NCBI GenBank assembly: GCA_040954595.2
Contig: CM082576.2
Coordinates: forward strand, 1,834,760-1,898,759
DNA: 64,000 nt
Direction of reading: 5' to 3'
DNA from: Balanoglossus misakiensis
Lineage: Eukaryota > Animalia > Hemichordata
The notes beneath the pieces are model-generated. The model searched no databases, was not told the origin of the DNA, and saw only the letters and a list, made by a program, of their open reading frames with translations. Below, in pieces: positions 53,901 to 64,000 of this stretch; within the stretch, counting starts at the first letter, position 1; every line of letters starts with the position of its first letter. The position numbers and the translations under genes are program-made.

Positions 53901-55314
53901 CCTAATTTTTTTTCAGTGGCAAGATGTCAACGAATTGGATAAGCTGGTGAATCTTGAAGAAGTCCGGCTAAAAAATAATCCCTTGTTGAAGAATGAGAAG
54001 TTTTTCATCAACAGACAGTATATGATTGCTAAAATTGGAGGATTAGCACGCTGCAATGGTAGTGAGGTATATATAGTACTTTAACATTTTTAACATTTAT
54101 TCTTCTTCATTATTTAATCATCTTCTCTATCACCACTTGCCTAGAAACTCATATGAGGGTATGCAGGGATGTTCTCTTTCAAAGTTGTTGTCATGATTTT
54201 TTTGCTCAAAAAATGGATTTCATTTGGTGCATAGTGACACACAGAGACTCTTTGTCCTATTTTTGCAAATTGCAGTACCTATTTTACTATTTGCATTGAC
54301 TTTTTCATCAGGTACCAGCAATTGAACGGCGAACTGCAGAGTTAGACTACCTGAAGAAATTTGGCCAAGAATGGCTGAAAAGTGGTGGTGATAGAGATCC
54401 TGCAAGAAATAGACCAAGTGCAGAATTTTGTAAAAACCATCCGAGATATCATCAACTGTTAGAAGGTATGATGATTAATTAAATACATGTAATCTTATTC
54501 TATGCAAATTTGGTACAAGGACCATGTACTACATGTATATATATGTATGCAAGTCAATATGGCTGCCAGGTGGCCATCATGTTACTATAATTTCATGAAA
54601 AGAGTCACTATTCGAACATACCAGAACCAATTCCATTCATACTTGGTAGATTTCCTTACATTGCAGTTTATGGTGCACCAGAAGACTCAGAATTGTCTGG
54701 AGAAGTCTCTACAGCCTTGAAGAATGCCTTAATCAAAGTCACCATAACATGTCCACAGAAACCGGAATGCAAAACAGTGTCAAAAAAATTGCCAGGTAAA
54801 ATAATGCAAATATTTTAACTTTGATGGATTGAGTAACGCATTTACGATGTCCAATAACAAGTTATACTCATTTGAAGTATATAAACTCTCTTTCAAAAAT
54901 CACCAAATTGATCTTTTTAGCAAAACATTTTGGAGCTGATGAAAATTTAATCTTTCCCCTTTCACAATAGGATCAATGACAGTGCAGAAACTGAAAACAT
55001 TAATACAAAGACTTTTCAAAGTGAGCACATCTGATCAAAAATTAGCATATATTAGCACAAAGGTAAGCATTTACATGTATTTGTGATTTTATATTTCAAG
55101 GGAAACAAATCAATCAGGGTAGATTCATGAACGCACTCACCATTTTTCATCAAAATGGTTGATAAGTACATTTGTATGGTGTGATCTATGCTGATTCTAT
55201 TTATTCATATTTCCTTCGCAGATTGGTGAGCCGGAAGTTGACATTGACAATGATATGAGACAACTGTCTTTCTACTCCATTGAAAATGAAGATACCATAG
55301 TTGTAAAATTTTAG
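50995..55314 (+). CDS. TBCE: Tubulin-specific chaperone E (CAP-Gly, LRR and UBL domains), 526 aa
   Basis: Exons 50995-51076, 51357-51441, 51669-51869, 52016-52104, 52318-52417, 52757-52859, 53070-53146, 53357-53452, 53636-53765, 53917-54066, 54312-54465, 54667-54795, 54971-55062, 55222-55314 (1581 nt). CAP-Gly [16 protein letters not shown]...HPTSGSFIR; LRRs ([23 protein letters not shown]); [14 protein letters not shown]...HPRYHQL...YGAPED; [16 protein letters not shown]...[10 protein letters not shown]. An upstream UTR exon is possible (acceptor at 50989). Confidence 0.95.
52105..52317 (+). other. TBCE: U12-type (minor spliceosome) GT-AG intron 4 of TBCE
   Basis: 5' site GTATCCTTAA, branch site TTCTTAAC (52298-52305) 12 nt before the end of the intron, and no strong polypyrimidine tract. 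Splicing restores [14 protein letters not shown], matching the recalled human CPNIRKVDLSKN. Confidence 0.88.
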
Positions 55315-55502
55315 CTGTTGACATGGTCACATATTATCACTACAGCAACATCACTGCATGTTCTGTACTTCTCCCCATAAGCACCATGCTCGGAACAGTG
55401 CCAAATCACAATTTATGATGAAAGCTTATAGTTGAGGTAGTATCCTGGCAACCACCCGAGCTGATCTTACAATTTGTTTGTTGGGATTTTTAGGGGGTGG
55501 GG

Positions 55503-55508
55503 AATAAA
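55503..55508 (+). terminator. Probable TBCE poly(A) signal
   Basis: First AATAAA after the TBCE stop codon (55314), about 190 nt downstream. Confidence 0.5.
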
Positions 55509-55748
55509 ATGTCATTGGGAACAGGATAAGCTCTGTTCATCTGACCACCAATCCATTCCCTTCCCATTGCCACTCTTGGTCACTCGGGTCAGGATTGTTC
55601 TCCTTTTGTGAATTTCTGAAGTAAATATGCACATGAATTTGTGACACAGTGCAATTCAATATGGCCACTGTGCACAGGGTGGCCATTTTGTCGTAATTTT
55701 TCACATGTCCAACCTTACACTGGCATGCGTAATTAAAAGCAATGTGAA

Positions 55749-56524
55749 TCAGCTATTGGCAGTTCTATCAATCACTTGTACAGGTGCTAATATTCTGGAT
55801 TTGTTGGTCTCCACAATGTATCCATTGTTGATGATTTCATCTAACAATATGTGGGCTTTCTCCAGATTACACATAATGTCTAATTCACAGACTTTATTGA
55901 AGTATTTATCAAATGTCTCTACAAGAAGATGAATGACTTCCAGGATTGCCAACTCATTCTCTTCGTGATCAATGCCAGTTATAAAATACAGGGCTGCATA
56001 GCGTCGATATACTACTTTGAAGTCTTTGTAATCCATGAAGGAACACTGCAAGATAGAAAATAAAGAAAGAGGAAACAGGTCATTGTCAGACTGTACCTCA
56101 ATATGTTATCTCGAGTAATGCCTCAGTATGTATGTATGTATGTATGTATGTATGTATGTATGTATGTATGCATGCATGCATGCATGCATTTAGAGTAACT
56201 TTTTGGGGTCACAAAGCGGGAATTATTAATTTGACACATCACATACAGTGTATTTGACACCATCAACGCATCCACCCACTCTCTCTCCTGATAAAGTATA
56301 TCAACGCAACGGATAGAACAATGTTTTGCTTAGATATAAAAGTACATGTAATGTTCAATATGTGACGTGTCCTGATACCGACTGACCTGATTTTCAGTTC
56401 TTGATAACACCTTCCTGGTTAAATCAGCTTCCAATGATATTCGCTCACTAACATCCATAAACTCATAGTACTTTGTCAGTCGTGCTTGTCCCTGCTTATT
56501 TACCAATAGTAGAAACTTCAGCAT
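55749..56524 (-). CDS. AP4S1: AP-4 adaptor complex subunit sigma-1, 144 aa
   Basis: Exons 56524-56387 and 56045-55749 (435 nt): MLKFLLLVNKQGQARLTKYY...ENQ|CSFMDYKDFKVVYRRYAALYF...ENELAILEVIH...VCELDIMCNLEKAHILLDEII. A probable 5' intron lies at 56641-56561. Confidence 0.93.
56126..56188 (+). repeat. Compound (GTAT)n(GCAT)n microsatellite in the AP4S1 intron
   Basis: Direct reading. Confidence 0.95.
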
Positions 56525-56749
56525 ATCTGTGTTGCCTTTCGCATTTACGAATCTACACAGCTGAAGGACTAAACAAAAGAAATATTTAAATACATTAAAT
56601 TTGCACTTTATAACCGTGACATATAGGGAGACACCTCTTACCTTCACGAACGACCTCGACATTAGCGTCAGAATCAGAATCAACTTCAGTGAATCAACTT
56701 CGTCGGATCGTGTCATTTGACAGTAACTTGGACTTGTACCACTCTCCAT

Positions 56750-57184
56750 TCTCTGGTGGCGAGGGTGAGGATCACCGTTAATGTACGCGTTACGTTAGGG
56801 TTAGGGTTACCACTCGCCTTTTGGCAAAGTGTTGTCAAACTTCGTACCCGAAATAGCTCAAACCTAAATCTGAAACCAAATTCGAGGCTAACTTTAGCAT
56901 CGTTTTATTTTTGCAAGTCAAGCCAAGTGCGCCCTCAGTGTAAAATATTCTGAAAGTTATGTTGTACCAGAAAAGAATCCAGAGATTTCGACAATTTTAT
57001 ATTTAGAATACGCGCCATAGTAGTTCTTAAGTCTAGTCCCTAAATAAAAAACGCCATTTGACCGTCTAAATAAGCTAAACCGAAAGACTAGACTCGATAT
57101 ACAAAACAATGACGTCATGGGAACTACCCATAATGCTGTTCAGTTACTTTCTGTACTATGATGGCGGCCATTTAGGGTTATAAC
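56750..57184. promoter_or_regulatory. Candidate bidirectional promoter AP4S1/striatin
   Basis: CpG-rich. CRE TGACGTCA (57110-57117) is followed by a ZNF143/Staf-like ACTACCCATAATGC (about 57123-57136). YY1-like GATGGCGGC is at about 57160 and CGCCAT at about 57013 and 57052. An inverted pair GCCATGTTG/CAACATGGC lies just inside striatin intron 1 (57567-57589). Confidence 0.7.
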
Positions 57185-60100
57185 ATGGACGAAGGATCGG
57201 GAGTTCAACAACAACACGGTAACCAGCTCAATGCTGGGTCTTCCTCTATCATCGGAGGAAGTAACAAACCAAATGACGATCCAAACCAAACTAAATACTC
57301 GATGCCAGGAATTCTCCATTTTTTGCAACATGAATGGGCACGGTTTGAAATGGAGAGATCGCACTGGGAGGTTGAAAGGGCAGAATTGCAGGTAAAACGC
57401 TCATTTTGGAATCTCCTGTCAAACCAGCCGATCGTATAGAACCTTATAGTTACAGAACGTTATACCATAACGGATACATGCTAGCATCACTGCTGTTCAC
57501 AACGTTTACCGACCGATTCCTACTTCATTCATAACCATTCAGATTCTTCGACACATAACCTCAGCCGCCATGTTGGTTTTCAACATGGCTTCCCTGGGTC
57601 CTGGTGAATATATTCACAAGATACTCAAGCAACTTATGCTCTAGAAGTAACCTTCAAAACGTTTCAATTCTTGTAATCATATGCATGAGATATTTTATCA
57701 AAATCCCCCGTATTTATAAAGAATCAAATACAGCATGTGTCACCCTCTACCATCTGTCCCAATGAGTGTGTTTACACTTAACTTCATGAATAAAAGGCAG
57801 ACAACACTTCCTTACTGAAACCCGATTCAGTGCAAATGTAACCCTGACAACCATTTTGATACATGTTTTCAGTGTAATTGATAAATGGTCGATAACGAGT
57901 TGATTGTCAGATTTTAAGTGTTGGTCACTACTAGTAACTGGTCACTAGTACCCAGGCCAACTTGACTCTGGCCTATTAGTATTAAAGTGACATTAGGTGT
58001 AACTTTTGGGTTTAATTTCAGTATATTTGTTCTGTGTGATTTCTTGTTCTACTCCAAACAGCATGCTTATAGACTGAGTACTTCACTTGTCAACATAGCC
58101 TGTATGTGTGTAACAGCCACTGTTATTATTTACAAATGAATTCTGGTCCAGACAAATTTGGCACAATAACACTGCTGGCTATACACATATATGTTGTGTT
58201 GATAGCTAAATTACTGGACATTTCATTATGTTCCAGGAATTTTATCTGGAAACTGCAGTAGATACTCGAAACAACATGCTTAAAACATTTTTATGTGGAA
58301 GATTTCTTACGCTTTAGATTTACCTGTAGTAATACATAATACATGTAGTTACATCAGGTTGAGGCTCAAAATAACTTCATCTCTCTTTTCTTACCATTTA
58401 AGGCACGTATAGCATTTCTTCAAGGAGAAAGGAAAGGTCAAGAAAACCTTAAACAAGATTTAGTACGGAGGATAAAAATGTTAGAATATGCACTGAAACA
58501 AGAAAGGTATGATTCCTCCAGATTTTTATTTGTTATTCCATACATATTATTCGGAATGCCCTAGTAGAGGGATATTTTCTAGTAGACATTTCAAACTTGA
58601 TATTGTATGACTGTGTTTAGTGATAAAATGGGAGGACAGTGTCCTTTATGCAACTGTAAAACATTGAATTTGCTGTTCTCAGAAGTTCCATCAAACATAT
58701 ATCAATTGAGACACTTTTGACATGCCTTGCCTATTGTGTAATGTTGATAATTGTTTATAATTATTTCACAGGTCAAAATATCACAAACTCAAATTTGGAA
58801 CAGAATTGAGTCAAGACACTAAACCAATTTTTGATGGCGGTGAGGATCATTTATTTTTTCTTCAAAACCTTGAGAACCATCACACATACAAGTATCACAG
58901 TGTTCACCCAGAGCAGTTATAGAGTAGGGGCCCTATCCTATAATTATAATAATGTTGTTATGTAAATTAACCGTTATGCTAGTTTTGGTTATGCGAAGGA
59001 TATATGTTATTGATAACGTTTACTTTTCAATTTCTCAAACAGAAGAGGGTGAAGAAGAACTTCCTCTTCCACAAAACAGTCAAGTCAATTTCAGGCAAGG
59101 GAGACAATTACTTAGGCAGTAAGTATGTCAGCATGGTTGTGATGTTGTGTCCTTGAGCAGTTGTAAACAGTGCTCAACACCAAAGGCTTGGAAAATGATC
59201 CTTTTCCCAGGAACAGATGAAAACCTGATTTTCCAGGAATTGTATATTTATTTAATAATCTTTTCCTCTTGCAGATATTTACAAGAAATTGGTTACACAG
59301 ACACAATATTAGATGTACGGTCTTCAAGGGTGCGATCATTGTTGGGTTTAACTAGTAGTAATGAAAGAAATGCATCCAATCTGGATGTTGAAAATCAAAA
59401 TATAGCACCCATTGTCAATGGAGACAGTGACAGTAAACCAACAAGACAGGGGGAACAAATTACAGGAACCAAAAGGTAGGGGTGAATTTCGCATGTATTG
59501 GTTTCTGTTGTGAAAGTTCTAATCTACAGTAATATCAATAGCATATTGTTGGTGCTTTCATCTGATAAATGTGAAACGTTTCGATTTGACTGGTTTAGGT
59601 GATGATGTAGTATTATGACAATATTTTGTTTCCTTTGTAGAACACCAGAAAAGAAAAGGATAACATCAACAGAAGGTATTTTAGATAATGAAGCATCAGT
59701 TCTTTCAACATTTGATTTCCTCTCATCGGAAACAATGGAAGATGAAGTGGAAGATGATAGTGATGGTGGATCAGCAGATGATGAATCAGAGGAAAGAGAG
59801 GAAGCTAATAAAATGGGTACAATTATTAAAAAGAAAAAGGTATATTCTTTATCCTCTATAAAGTATTGTTATTTTAAAATAGTATTGCCATAGTTTACTC
59901 TAAAGAATCCTTACATATTTGTTTTGAAACTGTTATGGACTAAATTAGTGAGGGTGGTGTCAGGGTGCTATTTCAGGTTTGAAAAAATAATGAATTTTAA
60001 ACCTGTACTATAGAAGCTTGATTGCATTCCAGATATTTCATTTGGTTTCATTTCATTCTAGACAACAATTGGCAACGAAAGCATGGCTGGTATGGAAGAT

Positions 60101-63100
60101 GTGCTAGCTGCAGACGCAGAGACAGAAGAAGCTTTAGCAGAATTTGACTTTTTAGTGCAAGAAGCAGGAGAGGGAGCTGGTGAGGAATGGGCTATTGGTA
60201 AGTGATTAATGCCTTCAATGCTCTGCAGTGCAATGCATGCACTAGTACATTGAAGCGTTTTGATAGATTAATGCTGTGTAAAATGATAAAACATACGTCA
60301 CATTTGAATGTATCAAATATAGTCAAATGGGAGCAGAGTGTCCCTGATGCTATTTTTGTCACCTTCAGATAAGAAAGGTGATTTGTCACCAAGTGAAGAG
60401 TGGGGAAGTGTAGATCAAAGCGTTATTAATAAACTCAAAGAAGAATACAAGAAGGCAAGGAAAGGAAAGAAAGCTGTTCAACGTAAGTTGTCTAGGTTAC
60501 AGCATCATTGCCGATAAAAGTGTCAATGTTTATCTACCATCTCATGAATTATGTATATGTCTAATGCTAGAAGAGGTGGTGGTCAAGTGCAAGTGTGATA
60601 TGTTTCATTCTTGAATGTACCAATTCTGATTGAATGGGAGCACAGTGTCTGTGATGCTGTTGTTCTTTTCTAGGTCCAAAACGAAGTACTCTGCAGTCCA
60701 TGTTGGCCAATCTTCAAGGCGAAGATGACTTGGCACTTGGTTCTGAAGGACCTCCAAACAGACCAGATTTTGATCTCCCAGAAGAAGGAGGTAAACAACA
60801 TTTTAAGTTCTTCCTAGTTCATTCAACAACATGTCAGTGACATACAGTCACTCCTTGTGTCCTTGATTACCCTTTAGCAGACTTTGGATTCTGAGATTGG
60901 AACAGCTGGACCTCTGAGGTCCACTTGCTGGATACTGTTGTTAACCAATAATAGAGAACACCTGCATGCAGACAAACCCTACTCTTTTGGCAAGTTTCTG
61001 TTGACTAGGCTACAATATGTACATCACAAGCGTGTACGTATGTGCGTACAAACCTGTGTGCAGGGCGCTGGCCAATGTTGACATTGCTGGTGGCGCCATA
61101 TCCCATCACGGTTCTGTTGTCTTGCAGTAGGTTTTATTCAGCTTGAATATCACGCAACCATGACTAAATATTTTTACGTAACACAAGAAGTAGACATGGA
61201 ACGCAATCCCTGTCTTTATGTCAGGAGAAACACAATCCAATGGGTCGCAAAGAGACATGAACACATCGTGATGTATGAGCCTGTCCTTTGTGCATAATCA
61301 TGGTTTCAATTCTACTCTTTTTGAGCAGGCAATGGTCTCCCATTGACTTCATCATTATTAATTTACTACTAGATGTACCATTAGGTGGTGGCATGCCATT
61401 TGGTGCAGGGTCCAGACGACCCATGGTTGGAGTCATTGGTTCTGAAGTGCTTGCCCTAGAGACTGCATTTGGACTTGGAGATCTTGCAGGTCTATCAGTC
61501 ACAAATGAGGCGGGAGCACTCGGTTATGATGTAAGTTCACTCAAACCTTATAAATGCACACCATCCAACTCTTCCTTCAATACCTGTTTTATGTTGTATC
61601 TAATGCAGACCTAGCTCTTGAGACTGCTCTTCAAGTAGGACTTGGTGAACTGGCAGGACTTACTGTAACTGATGAGGCTGAGCCACTAAGATGCGACGTG
61701 AGTACAGACAACTCTACCAAAATGTACAAATGCACACAACATGCACTGTGGACTGCACCAACCAAGCTCAGCCTGTTGTCTTTGTCTTGTCTTTGTTCTT
61801 TTGTATTTTTTTTCCTTCATTTAATGTGGTTTGTCTTTTTATTTTCAGTATACATAGCTGTAGTATGGTAACATAGTTCAATGTAGTATATATAATAATA
61901 TATAATGAATTTTGCACATTTCACATGTACTGATACTACCAGCATGTCTGTGTTATAGACTTACTTCAGTTTGTGTAATCATTGAGGTTTGATTTCTAGG
62001 TAGAGGTACAATACTCATGATACCTTCAAGGTATCAAGGTCCTTGGAAGGTATTTTGACTGTCAACATTTGTGGCTTAAGAATCAACAGAAAATTCTACC
62101 ATGTGTTGGATAAAATAGTGGTACATGAAAAGTTGTGACAGCTGTCTAAAATTCGACTACTAAATACATTAGTTACAGCCAGATTGAATCCAATTATCCC
62201 TGAGAACCGTTACTTTAATAATGTCATTTATTTTCAGATTTGTCTGTTACTAAATGAATAATTTGTAAATGCATGATTCATGGGTACATGTAACTTAAGC
62301 ATAATACATGTGTGTCTTTAGGTTAGTAGAGTTGTCATACTGCACTGTTTATGATGAGTAATTATGGCCAAAATTCAGACACATGTTTTCATTTTCCAAC
62401 CCCTGATTCAGACATTTGTAGTTACATGTACATATTTGACTCCAGTTTCCGTATTTCTGAAATATTAAATCTCATTCCATGTGTTTTGTTGATTCTCCTA
62501 CTTTTAGGTATTTTTGATAGTTATTTACATATACATGTTTTTTTGTGTGACTAAAATCTATTATACTGTTTACAAAGCACATGAAATAAATTAATGAAAA
62601 GTTTATAATGAGAGCTACATGTAGTGGAAAGTTCAAGTGTGACTTTAACATGACCAGAAGGGGAGTCAACATTGTAGTCAAAACATGAAAATATGTGTCG
62701 AATTTTTGCATGGATTACATATTCTGTTTGCCTGGGAAAGTTTTCATGAAGCAGAAGTAGAGCTGGTCTGAGAAATCTATGATAACTTATTTTATAAATA
62801 TCAATTTTAATGTTATTAGATCTCATCAGCCAATAAAGAAGTGTTCAGGAAAACCTGGAATCCAAAATACACGCTCCGAAGTCATTTTGATGGTGTAAGA
62901 GCACTTACTTTTCACCCAGTGGAGCCAGTACTCATAACAGCTTCAGAGGATCACACCCTTAAGTTATGGAATTTAGAGAAAACAGTTCCTGCGAAAAAGA
63001 GTGCTTCTTTAGACGTGGAACCAATTTATACTTTCAGGGCTCATGTGTAAGTTGTACTACGTTTTCAAAAATTACTCTTTCAGTTGCTTTGAACTTTGGT

Positions 63101-64000
63101 TTGCTATGTCCTATGAATATTTTCCATCATATGCTGATCAAATGGAGCACTTTGTCCTTGATGTTGTTCTTCAATAATGCTTTTAATCACAACTTTCAGA
63201 GGTGCGGTGTTATCTATAGTAATGAGTGCCAATGGTGATCAGTGTTACAGTGGTGGAACAGATGCTACCATCAGGTGTTGGAATATACCTGGATCAAACA
63301 TTGATCCATTTGATTCATATGGTAGGTATTCAATACTTTAGTTATTTGCATGTGCCTCAGTACACAGTCCAAAGAGACCCATTGGGGATATGTTGGAAAT
63401 TGCTCAATTTTATTATATTTATTAATCGTCATATTTCTTTCTTTTTTTTCTATTAGAACCAGGTGTTTTGACAGATACACTGATAGCACACACAGATGCT
63501 ATATGGGATTTGGCCTATGATTCGACTAGACATCATCTGTTATCATGTTCTGCTGACAACACAGTCAAACTGTGGAGCCCACAGAGTAAAACACCACTTC
63601 TTAACTCATACACAGGGGAAAAGGGTAAGTGAGTTTGAAATGAGCTCCATGTGGACATGTGTGTTGTTCTATAACCATACTGCTACAGTGTGTATGTGCA
63701 CGTGTGTGTATGTATGAATGATGTACATGTATGTATTTATATGTGTGTATGTATGTATTATGTGGCAATGTTGAAATCTGTGAACATTCCCACTACAGTT
63801 ATTTGCTATCACATGGCCATTTTGTTGTGAAAGGCAAAAGTTATCTTGTTTTCAATTTCTTTATTCTTGTATTTTTGTTGTTGTTTATTTAGATGATGGA
63901 ACACCTACTTGTGTTGATTTTGTGCGCTGTGATCCCAGTCAGATTGTGACTGGTTACTCTTCAGCAACTGCCGTTCTTTATGATCTTGAAACTGCCACAC
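57185..64000 (+). CDS. STRN3: Striatin (STRIPAK scaffold, PP2A B''' subunit), likely pro-ortholog of STRN/STRN3/STRN4; WD40 region truncated at the window edge
   Basis: Exons 57185-57391, 58403-58506, 58772-58839, 59043-59118, 59275-59475, 59641-59839, 60062-60197, 60369-60482, 60674-60790, [61373-61530 or 61609-61697], 62820-63046, 63200-63321, 63457-63624, 63893->64000. Motifs: YSMPGILHFLQHEWARFEMERSHWEVERAELQARIAFLQGERKGQENLK, RQGRQLLRQYLQEIGYTDTILDVRS, EEALAEFDFL, and WD40 FRKTWNPKYTLRSHFDGVRAL. Confidence 0.96.
60301..60657 (+). repeat. Two copies of a short dispersed repeat (core AAATGGGAGCACAGTGTCCYTGATGC); further copies at 58626-58651, 63136-63163 and 27146-27175
   Basis: 60301-60350 CATTTGAATGTATCAAATATAGTCAAATGGGAGCAGAGTGTCCCTGATGC versus 60606-60657 CATTCTTGAATGTACCAATTCTGATTGAATGGGAGCACAGTGTCTGTGATGC. 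Confidence 0.75.
61609..61697 (+). CDS. STRN3: Duplicated alternative striatin exon 10b (paralog of exon 10a, 61373-61530)
   Basis: ctaatgcag|AC CTA GCT CTT GAG...TGC GAC|gtgagt encodes DLALETALQVGLGELAGLTVTDEAEPLRCD, against ...EVLALETAFGLGDLAGLSVTNEAGALGYD in 10a. Both exons run phase 1 to phase 0. Confidence 0.85.

Noticed and set aside
62346-62464. C/D-box snoRNA-like ATGATGA...CTGA in a striatin intron
   Set aside because: The terminal stem is weak and I recognised no rRNA or snRNA guide complementarity. Such boxes are common in AT-rich DNA; snoscan or Infernal would be needed.
1-64000. Prokaryotic-type systems (CRISPR, operons, defence islands), selenocysteine or readthrough recoding, transposase or RT genes
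   Set aside because: The DNA is spliceosomal-intron eukaryotic sequence. I saw no repeat-spacer array, no in-frame TGA in the gene models, no TGA-CTAG readthrough context and no mobile-element ORF.

Overview
This is AT-rich, intron-dense animal genomic DNA, most likely from an invertebrate deuterostome (hemichordate-like; the taxon is inferred, not shown). It is not prokaryotic. Six protein-coding genes were rebuilt by hand from GT-AG splice sites and reading-frame continuity. They alternate strictly in orientation and form three head-to-head pairs: BIRC6 (-, 44 exons visible, 3' part runs off the left edge) with a TWIK/KCNK1-type K2P channel (+, 4 exons, 324 aa); a THIK/KCNK13-type K2P channel (-, 2 coding exons, 12.2 kb intron, 429 aa) with TBCE (+, 14 exons, 526 aa); and AP4S1 (-, 144 aa) with striatin/STRN3-like (+, runs off the right edge). 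The most notable observations are a tandemly duplicated, frame-enforced mutually exclusive exon pair in striatin, a U12-type intron in TBCE, and many RFX X-box-like motifs across the two-channel domain. Also notable are a TWIK channel lacking the known regulatory residues of mammalian TWIK-1, a short repeat that recurs near striatin 3' splice sites, several foldback elements, a sharp CpG mosaic, and a gene set matching a vertebrate 1q42/2p/14q/19q13 paralogon. I found no tRNA, rRNA, CRISPR array or intact transposase, and no wholly new multi-gene system is demonstrated. All homology calls come from recalled human sequences, not from a search.
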